Of a stretch of DNA of 64,000 nucleotides, positions 42,974-52,000 are shown piece by piece. The notes below the pieces were generated by a model. It did no database searches, was not told the origin of the DNA, and was given only the letters and a program-made list of their open reading frames with translations. A program made the position numbers and the translations under genes. This DNA is from Chrysomallon squamiferum (taxonomy: Eukaryota; Animalia; Mollusca): the NCBI GenBank assembly GCA_012295275.1, contig CM022671.1, forward strand, positions 13,702,001 through 13,766,000. Reading direction: 5' to 3'. Every line of letters begins with the position of its first letter. Within the stretch, counting starts at the first letter, position 1.

Positions 42974-45900
42974 AACACACACAAACACACACAGTCACAC
43001 ACTCAGGCACACATGATGATATAAAAAAGAAAATGCCACTACTTTAATTATTATTATTATTGATAATGAACAAAAATCTTATTTCTAAAGACTTGATAAA
43101 CATAACAGAGTTTTCGTAAACCACTCCAAAGTCCCTGCTTGGACTGGAAAATAACTCAGCAGGCAAACTTAGGATTATTGACCAAAGTAACCAGTGTAAC
43201 CACTGAACTGCAGACCACTGTAATGAAAACTGACATACTGTAGTGTGTTAATTAGAAATGTCTGCTTTAATACAATAATCAAAAACAATAATAATTATTG
43301 TTAGTTAGAACCCGTGATATTAAATCAGTCATAATAATATATGACTAAATATGTGATATTAATTGATCAGTAATAATTACTCGAAATATGACAACTATTT
43401 AAGAAAAGAGTCAGCTAAATATTGATATGATGATTCAAATGGAAGAAAAAGAAGCTAAGTAACAGGAGGGTTTGTGATTTAAAAGCTAAGATTTATGTAA
43501 TCTGTGATATGCACTAAAGATGAAACATAACAGCTGTTCTTGTCTGACTATTGATAATGAGCTTTACAAAATACAAAATCATAACAATGTAACTGATTAT
43601 ATCAAATGACATATCTGTGGTAAGAAATATGAAACATTGAAAGCAATGTTAATAAAAGATATGAAAGAAGTAATATGAATGTATTGAATTGCATTTAAGT
43701 AACATTAAGAATTATATAAAAAAAAAAAAAAATAAATAAATAATTAAACTAATAAAAATAAAATATATGAATTATGAAACTAACAACAGTAAAATATGTG
43801 AAATGTTACACATGTAAAATTAATATTATGTCAGTCATGTATATATATATTACATTTTTAATTGAACTGGTTTATCTTCATTAATATTTTTTTCATAAAC
43901 TTGGCCAAAAAAATATCAGGGAAAAAATCTTCAGAGTATAAAAGCAGTTTACCTTTTAAAGTCATGAATACAGAGTAATTTGTTTTTTGCAGAAATTTCG
44001 GTCATGTAATATGGAAATAATTCTCTGAGATATTTGTTAGCCAACCAGACTACAGGGAAATTGTACAAGGGGCAAGATAGATTGCAAAAAATAAGTTAAT
44101 TTATGTTAGCCAGCATTTTTCTAATTGATTGTCATACCTGTGGTCCATGGAGGGTGGATGGGTGATTTTTAAAAAATAAATAAGGGTGTGAGAACTAATA
44201 TAAAATACATCATGGTGATTGCTGCAGTAATATATTAGTATTATCATTGTTGTGTTGGATTCTCCTTTGTTAGGGCAGTTTATAGAGGGAGGGTTGATAT
44301 GTTAGATGCAGCCTGCACCCCTCTTTGTGTAATGTCACGAGCCGAGACTAACAGTATAAAGACTCACCACGGATATTTCTTATTACTTGTCATCGACGAC
44401 TCCACCTCAAGGTAAGACTTATTGATTTACAGTCGGCTGTGAAGCCGGTGGCTCTGGCAGCTCGCCCGCTCATCAGCTGATTTTACTATAGGCTGTAGTA
44501 GCAGCTCTGTTCACCTTTTTTGTTTTTAACAAAACTGATCATTTAAAGATTGTTGTTATGCTGGTTTAGTTGTTAATTATAAAAAAAAAATTCATTTTGA
44601 AAGATCTTTTTTACTTCTTTTCTTTAATTTTTTCAATTTTTTTTTTGTCTATTCTTTTTAAACAAAGGGAAAGGTATTATTTTCAAATTTTGTTATTTGG
44701 TACATAGTCTGTATGGCTGTAAGAAAATTAATAGATTGTGATCTGGTGTCTATATTTCAAATGTGGATGATTATTTGTGAAACTCTTTTTCACTGAAGTT
44801 TTTGCTGGTAAAGTTTTATTTGTGATAAGTGAAGTGTGTCGGAGATACACAGGGAATGTTTCTGCATTCAGTCTGAGTGCAGTTCTGTTGGTGAAAACTT
44901 TCACATTCTTTTTTTTAAAAATTAATTTCAACTGGTGGTGTTTGTACACACCAAACCGGTTTTTATTTCATGAATCTTCATACTAGGATAATGTTATTGT
45001 AGATGAGATAATTTGATGTTGTGGGATTTCATGAAAAACAAGAACTGCAAAATGTCCCTTCTTTCTCAAATTTGCACTTTTTGATCTTTCTCTCTCTCTT
45101 TCATACCATCACAAATTTCATCATTATCTTAAAAATTGATCACAAGCTTTTGAATTGCAGAGAAACCTTTATAGTCATTACCTGAACTACTTTTTATAAA
45201 ACATTCAAAATTTCTTTCTTTCTTTTCCTTGACTTCAGAAAATTTGACAAATACACTCAGAATGTTTCTCTATTTTTGTGATTTTTTTTCAGCATCAAGA
45301 CTTGGTCGGAGACCTAAGCGTCTGAAAGAAGTTGGTGGTGAAAGTTCCCGATCTCGATCAAATCTTCCAATCGCACCTTACCCATCCCCAGCCGAACTCT
45401 ACCGTCTCCGAATGGCTGAACTTCAGAAACTTCTCCAGGCCAATGGCACATTCAAGTCTGAGCTCATGCAGGCCTTCCTGTCTGCAGCTCAAGCCAGTTT
45501 CCGTGAGCACGCCAAAAGCTCAAGTCACAGCTCCAGCCTGCCAGGTGACTATGGAAACCAGAATGTGTTTGGTCCAGGTGAGACAAGTAATCAGTTTTCA
45601 AATAAATTTTTAATAATAATAACAATTACCAACAATAATGAAAGTAAAATATATTCTAAAAGCTTTTTGTTTTTAAAATTATCAGAAACAAATTTTAAAG
45701 AAAAATGAAAACGAAAATAGAAAATATTTTCATATATTGCTTAAGAATTATTTTTTAATGACATTTCTATTCCTTTAGGCAGAAAATAAAGACAAACATA
45801 GAAACTTTTTCTCTGATCTGTGTTCAGTATACTTAATGGTGTGTCTGTGGTGTGTTTCAGGTGTTGCTGTTGGTAATGAGTCTGGCTACTCCAGTATGAG

Positions 45901-48900
45901 CAGTCCTGCAAGCAGTAAGAGCCAGTCCCCTCAGCAGGACATGTCACAGCAGATGAACAACAACTACCCCATGGACAACACTGGAATGATGGCAACCTCT
46001 ACCTACAGTGGAACATCAATGATGATGCCTCCAAACATGAATAGTGAGTGATTTTGTTTATTATAATAGATGATGATATTAATAGACAGCAGATCTAAAT
46101 CACAAAATGTGTTTATAAAATGATCTTTTCTGTATTTTAGTAAACGAATAATTTGTATTTTTTTATTTTAAAGAAAACATTTCTTTTTAAATTGGTTATA
46201 AAATACTAATATGTTTTATCCAAATAAAATTTTATGATGTTATTTCCACAGGTCCAGCAGTGATGAACATGAATCAACAAACGAGTGGCATGCCATACAT
46301 CTCCACAGAAAATGTCACTGTCAAATCTGAGCCGACATTTGCACCATGTGCCAGTGCCACTGCCACTCAGCAGGATGCCAACGCCAACATGCCAGACACA
46401 GAGCGACTGCTGCAGGAGGTTAAAGAGATGCCCAGTCAGACAAGAAGTCAGCTGTTGTCACAGGTTACAGAAACTGTCATCAGTGCTCACATGAGCACCT
46501 GTCTCAACACATATGCTGCTGTAGCTGAAGCTAACAAAAATGTTGACTACATGATTGAACATGATCTCATGGTGAGTGGTTATTTTGATTCAGTTTATCT
46601 CATTCTTTTTGCTTCACAGTTGATTTTGTGGATTGATTTCATAATGCAGTTAAAAAATTCAGATATTATTAATTTAACAACTGTGCTCATGTAAAATGTA
46701 TAATTGTTTTACCAGTTGATTGTTATCATTTGTTGAAACTTTTAATTAATTAAAACAAATCATTATTATATGTAGTTGAAAAAAAAAAGATCTTTATAAT
46801 TTATGTAATACAAGCAGAAGAAATCTTAGACAATTTATTGAGAAAAAGATAGAACAATTTAATATATATTTTACTTGTCTTAACAGCCAGATTTCAGCAA
46901 GCTTAGTTTGACAGCTGATTCAATGTGGAAACAGTTTCTTAACAACATGGTGCCTGAAATCACCAAAGTTGTGCAATTCTGCAAGAAACTGCCAGGTAAA
47001 ATAAATATTATTTTCATAAGTGAAATGGAGATATTTTTAAAAACATTTTCTACTGTTTTCTTATGTAGAAAAATAAATTTTACATACACTTTATTTTTAT
47101 CTGTAGTATGATTCATATACAAGATCCCTTACTTACTGAAAATAAAGAGTAGTCTTTTAGTTGGCAGCTGCTGGTTCCATTCTGACACTATAACTTTCAA
47201 TTAAAATTTACTTTAATGCTTATCAATGATTATTATTATTTTTTAATTTCTTTTTTTTAATTTTTTGTTTTTAACTGACATGCAGTTGCAGACAGACATA
47301 CAGACATAATAATAATAATAATATAAATTTTATACAATGAATATTTCAGGTTTTACTGAGATTGAACAAGAGGACCAGATCAAGCTGATCAAGTCTGGAT
47401 CATTTGAAGTCCTTTTGACAAGGTTCTTGATGTTGGTAGATCCCAATTCTGGAGAAATGCTTGATCCTTCACATAAAATGAGATGTCCCAGGTAATTATA
47501 TATTCTGGTCGAGTCAGTGACATTGTATGAAATATGTTTTAAAATTATAATAATAGTAATAATAATAATAATATATTAATGTTATGAATAACAGAAAATT
47601 ACAATAATACTGACCTTTTTGTCATGGTTAATAATTTTTGTTTAATCCATATGATATTTGAAAAAAATAAAAAATAATAATCACAATAACAACAACAATA
47701 AAATTTAATTTCAGACAAGTTATTCTTGCCATGCCAATGGGTAACTTTTTCCAAGAGTTCTTCAAAGTGGCTGCTTTGTTCAATCCACTGCAGCTGACAG
47801 ACGGCGAGATTGGTCTTTTTACAACAATCCTCATAATGTGTCCAGGTAAATATTCACTTCAGATAACCAAACATCTGTGTGCCATAACACATATGTCTTG
47901 TTGTTTTTTTTAGTATCATTTTTGTTTTTCATCACATCAGTCAGATAAAATATAGGATAGTTTTTATAACAACTTAGGTTGTAATTTTCACCTGGGATAA
48001 CAACCACTGTCAGTTTTTGTGTGACACTTACATCTAATTAATAAATCAGAGAATGTACAGCTGAAGATTCAAACATGTATGTGGTGAGCACAGTCCTGAC
48101 ATCTGAGTTGTCAGAAAATTAGCTTGACAGAGGAAAGTAGTTATTTTACACCTTTTGAGTTGTGTCTGGTACCAGATTGTGATCCTACACTCTTCCAGTC
48201 TTAAATACTTATAAATTTTAAAATCTGTAGATGTATATTTTCATAACTGTTTATCATTATTTCAATCTCAAGTCAAATAATGAAACCAGAAATACATTAC
48301 ATTTTTTTATAATGAAATAAACAAGGATTTGTTTTCTTTACAGAGCGACCAGGTTTGAAAAATGTGAAGGCCATCACAAAAATCCAGGCTCTGTTTCAGC
48401 AAGCTCTGTACATAGAGCTCACTAAAAACCATCAAGGTAAATGTCACATACTATACTAAAGTACAAGATTTAATCTGACAGTAAAAAAGGTTTACAGTTT
48501 TATGCCATTACTGTTTTGCAACTGTTTAAAGTTGAAAGATTAATCTTAATTATTCTGACAAATGATACCTCAGTTAAATTCAGATTCAGATTTCACATAG
48601 AAAGACATATTTTTCAGTTTCAAATTTCTAAACTTTGGGGTCTTGATATAGGAACATATATTTGATACTTAATCCTTTTTTATTTAAATATTTGCTGTAA
48701 CAAATCTACTTTTTTGAAAAAATAAATGTCATGGGAACAAACTGTCATAAATACAGAAAAGTGTAAACAAATTGCCTGTCAAACATAAAGTCTTAGCTTT
48801 TTTTGAGCATCTCTTGGATCATTTATTTCAATCAAAGTTGTACAAATTGCTAATCACATTATTTCAAAATGTTGCTTAATAACTGTTGTTCAAAGAAATG

Positions 48901-49088
48901 ACACAGACAAATGTTTAAAATTTTCAGATGCTGACAACAAATTCAGAACACTGTTCAACTTGCGGCCGATGTTCAGCGCAATCAATGAACAGCACTCAAT
49001 GGCAATCAATAACATGAAGATGATTGATCCAGACAAATATGAGAAACAGTTCCCATCCCTGCACAAAGAAATTTTTGACAAACCATAG
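20470..49088 (+). CDS. NR1-subfamily nuclear receptor (E75/Rev-erb/E78/ROR-HR3-related orphan), 10 coding exons, about 734 aa
   Basis: Spliced model join(20470-21108,24951-25092,45293-45577,45861-46043,46252-46571,46887-46995,47350-47491,47715-47845,48344-48436,48928-49088) gives 2205 nt, open throughout, all introns GT-AG with matching phases. C4 zinc fingers with P-box CEGCKG, CTE ASRLGRRPKR, LBD signature FCKKLPGF-x6-DQIKLIK, C-terminal FPSLHKEIF. Exact orthology cannot be assigned by eye. Confidence 0.95.
22560..23230. repeat. Old degenerate tandem repeat (about 110-130 bp period)
   Basis: Recurrent tgtcatcattaagtaaaa / gaca..agtaatattaaaata / catgagtt(t/c)at motifs; boundaries approximate. 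Confidence 0.5.
23363..23547 (+). mobile_element. Degenerate dispersed (SINE-like) repeat remnant
   Basis: aaggaaggaag..tttaacga..cactcaaca..gttaagga..gacagga..cacat.ccac..ctttg resembles, from recall only, an abundant gastropod interspersed repeat; not verified by search. Confidence 0.3.
24951..25092 (+). CDS. NR coding exon 2: zinc finger 2 (GFFRRCITQGMTHKCANEEKCEISPFTRNSCQYCRLKKCFTVGMSRE)
   Basis: tttcag|GGT acceptor, G|gtgagt donor; 142 nt, phase 0 to 1; not in the ORF track, translated by hand. Confidence 0.97.
31150..32036. repeat. Degenerate tandem duplication, period about 300 bp
   Basis: caatggtc.t near 31320, 31616 and 31940, each followed by an ..(g)ttaatt..tta(g/a)aatta.. block; partial copy near 31150. 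Confidence 0.55.
33173..33237. repeat. (CT)n microsatellite
   Basis: Pure CT run; source of the poly-ER ORFs. Confidence 0.98.
37586..37840. repeat. Degenerate tandem repeat (about 100-110 bp, 3 copies)
   Basis: ccagataaaataaa..ttaagata recurs near 37595, 37707 and 37801. Confidence 0.6.
41092..42499. repeat. 1.4-kb minisatellite of 50-bp units with interspersed 30-bp deletion units
   Basis: Unit gtgtgtttaaaactggttacatctacaacaggtgtcttacagtatgcagt; short unit gtgtgtttaaaactggttacagtatgcagt. Confidence 0.98.
42922..42970. repeat. (CT)n microsatellite
   Basis: Pure CT run. Confidence 0.98.
44355..44411 (+). promoter_or_regulatory. Candidate internal TATA promoter and alternative first exon
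   Basis: TATAAA 44355-60; Inr-like ttActt with A at 44385 (30 nt downstream); strong donor CAAG|gtaaga after 44411; local CpG enrichment 44337-44470. Confidence 0.5.
45293..45577 (+). CDS. NR coding exon 3: CTE/GRIP-like box (ASRLGRRPKR) and hinge
   Basis: ttttttttcag acceptor; G+CA=Ala continues the frame; donor CCAG|gtgaga (alternative in-frame donor after 45544). Confidence 0.92.
45861..46043 (+). CDS. NR coding exon 4: Ser/Met-rich hinge
   Basis: tgtttcag acceptor, A|gtgagt donor; 183 nt, phase 1 to 1. Confidence 0.88.
46252..46571 (+). CDS. NR coding exon 5: hinge and LBD helix 1 (VISAHMSTC)
   Basis: ttccacag acceptor, ATG|gtgagt donor; 320 nt, phase 1 to 0. Confidence 0.9.
46887..46995 (+). 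CDS. NR coding exon 6: LBD helix 3 (WKQFLNNMVPEITKVVQFCKKLP)
   Basis: taacag acceptor, CCAG|gtaaa donor; 109 nt, phase 0 to 1. Confidence 0.93.
47350..47491 (+). CDS. NR coding exon 7: LBD H4-H5 (GFTEIEQEDQIKLIKSGSFEVLLTRF...)
   Basis: tttcag acceptor, AG|gtaatt donor; 142 nt, phase 1 to 2; NR LBD signature. Confidence 0.95.
47715..47845 (+). CDS. NR coding exon 8: LBD H7-H8 (FFKVAALFNPLQLTDGEIGLFTTILIMCP)
   Basis: tttcag acceptor, CCAG|gtaaa donor; 131 nt, phase 2 to 1. Confidence 0.95.
48344..48436 (+). CDS. NR coding exon 9: LBD H9 (ERPGLKNVKAITKIQALFQQALYIELTKNHQ)
   Basis: tttacag acceptor, AAG|gtaaat donor; 93 nt, phase 1 to 1; (D/E)RPGL motif. Confidence 0.95.
48928..49088 (+). CDS. 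NR coding exon 10: LBD H10-H12 (...INEQHSMAI...FPSLHKEIFDKP*)
   Basis: ttttcag acceptor; stop TAG 49086-49088; AF-2-like PxLxKEIF. Confidence 0.95.
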
Positions 49089-52000
49089 ACACTGGACACT
49101 GGTCCTTTCTGCAGCAGCAGTCTGGAACTCCTCAAACAAATGGCATAAACTGAATCTTCTGCTCAATGTAATTTGTACATTTTACTGTTCTGGTTGAGAA
49201 TTTTCATGTTCTCTCTTCCAGTCAGTTTTAAATTAAAGAGCATTCATCTAGTGACTGTTATAGTCAGAAAAGAAGACCATCACTAGTGACTATTATAGTC
49301 CTAATTCAAGATAATCACTAGTGATTTTTTTTTTTCAAAGAAAATCCCAGACTTGTCTTGAATCCATAAAACAGTCTATTCCAGATGGTCCAAAGTTTAT
49401 CATGGGTAATAATAGTGGCTGTTGAAGTTGATCCAAATTGAAACTGTCCCTAGTTGCTCACAGAAAATAAGTGAATGATAGTAACTGGTCAGACATGAAA
49501 AAAATCATGAATTAGTTATTGTCATTATTCACATAGTGACAGCTTTCAGTTTTTTGTTTTTCCCCATGAAGGTGAAAGATTAAGAATTCAGCTGAAATTA
49601 AAAATGGTCTTATAATTTTGTAGGGCCCAGTTATCATAGATATTTATTATTAGATTTATTTTAACTTCATATGTTATTTAAATTTAATTGGAATTGTGTA
49701 TTATGACAAAGTGCTTTCCATTTTTAAGTCCATAAAATAGTTATGTAAATGTTCATCTTCATTATACATTTTAGCCAAAAACCTTTACGAAAAAAAAAAG
49801 GTTTAATTTGCCAGTAGGTTCAGTATGGCATAGTATTCCTAATCAAGTCCAGTATAAATTCATATAGTTGAAAATCTTTTCTTGTTGTCATTTTTATGAA
49901 GTGAAAGAACAATGTTAATCTTTTGTACAAAAGTGTTATTTGTTTTTTTCAGTTATTATTGTACAGAACTGACATTTTTTGTTGTATATAAAATTCATAT
50001 TTGTTGTTTTACAAAAATGAAAAAAAATCTGTGTACAAAAAGGCTGTGTTTTGTCATTGATTGTATGTAGAACACAAAAGAAAACTATATCAAAACAGTT
50101 GGATAGAAGATTGTCTATGAAAAAAAAAACTGAATTACTGAAGAGTATTCATTTTTATCAACACTGAGATTATTTAATATAATGTTGAAACTAATTTTGC
50201 TATTACTAAGTATTCATAGTCTTTTTATAATTTATTTTATTTTCTTATTTCTTTTAATTTTTTTGTTTGTTAATAGAAGATAATTTGGTCTAAAAAACTA
50301 TGTTGTCTTATATAGTTACCTGTAGATGCAAGTTTTGTCTCTGTTTATATGGGGTTCTTATTTTATACATTTCAGTCCCAAACAAGGGTGGTCATAATTT
50401 TATTTGAAACTTACATAATATGTCAACAGTTTGTTTCCCTATTGCAAATAATTTTCCTATATATATAAAATAATTCAATGTGATAATTAAAAACAAAAAA
50501 TATATTTAAATAATATAAAATGTGATCCATTCACATTTACAAATTTTACTTTTATGATGTGATTTTTGTTTTTGTTTTATGTTTTCAACAAAAGGAAATT
50601 TGGTTAAGATTTCCATATTTGAGTAAAAAAAAAAAAAAAAAAAATTCAAAACACAACATTATTGATAACATAATTTTATTCAGATAACAAAAAGTGAAAT
50701 ATAATGAAGTTTCTTAAAACATTTTTTCTAGTTTATTCAAAAACAAAATGGTATGACAAAAAATGTAAACAAAAACAACAATAACAAAACAAGTATTATT
50801 TTTAAATTTAATCAAAAACAAATTATTTCACTGAATTAGTATTTTATTTTAACATTTAATTTTAATCTGGCTTTTAAATTCAAAAGTTTCTCTTTACTTC
50901 TGTATTTTAAATTAACATATTTTTAAAATTCCATATCAGTGTAGGAAACACAGAAATTTTTTAAATACATTTTTTTATCTCTAATCATATCATGCATTAA
51001 CTCTTTACCCTACACATCACTTATCTTACTAGACACTGGAAGAAAGTTCAGTAATCTGAGACAGTCAGACAGACGTGTGCAGGCACATACTGACATACAG
51101 ACAGTCCAGTGTAATATCTTTACACACAGGTTTTATACACTGTCCAGCCAAACTGGGTATGACACTAAAATAATCTATTTTCCAATATACAAAATCCCCA
51201 GTAATGAACTGATCACTTGAATTAATTATGTTAAGGAGGTAATCCTTTTCTGCATATATAATCTACATGGTCTCTCCAGTAAAATGGGGTCATTTTTAAT
51301 AATGATCATAAGTTTGTACAAATGTTTTATACCATCTCCTATACTGAAATGACATCAAGTAGTTATGATAATGAGATAATGTTTTGAGTAAAATGTAATA
51401 TAATTGTTGTCTCAAACAAATTAGTTATGACAGTGAGATCATTATATGTACAGATGTTTAATGTGCACAGCCTCAAACTATAAAATGATACCACGTACAT
51501 CAATTATGATAATGAGATAATCCTTTGTGTGTATGATATATATATATATAAATTACATACAAACACACACTCACAGTCTCTAACAATGAAATCTTTCATA
51601 AATCTGTTACAATAATCATTTTGTACAGAATGTATTTTGTATATAATACATAACTATAAGTAAATAAATAAATATATATATATATATATAACAAAACACG
51701 GAACACAGAATGCTTTAATGCTGAGTTCCTTCTCGATACGGGTTACATCACTTTGTCACTGTGTAGTTCTGCACTTTGACATTCTTGTGCCTGACTCTGA
51801 GGCAAGCCACTGTTCTCTGTGTTATTCATTATGTCATGCCTATATATATTTTGTGTTTCGATCAGTGGCATATTTTATTACATATTGTTGAAGGTAGCTA
51901 ATACCTTGAGAGTGCCTATCACATTTATGTACCAGCTTGATGTATACTCTGCTGTTTTTCAGATATCCTGTTTTACATTAAATATATTTACAATGATAAT

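Noticed and set aside
44299-44411. Coding alternative first exon (MLDAACTPLCVMSRAET...)
   Set aside because: Ends in phase 2 while exon 3 needs phase 1; the join hits TAA within 9 codons.
48050-48200. Possible SINE remnant in the intron before coding exon 9
   Set aside because: Only a vague recalled resemblance; no clear A/B boxes or target-site duplication.
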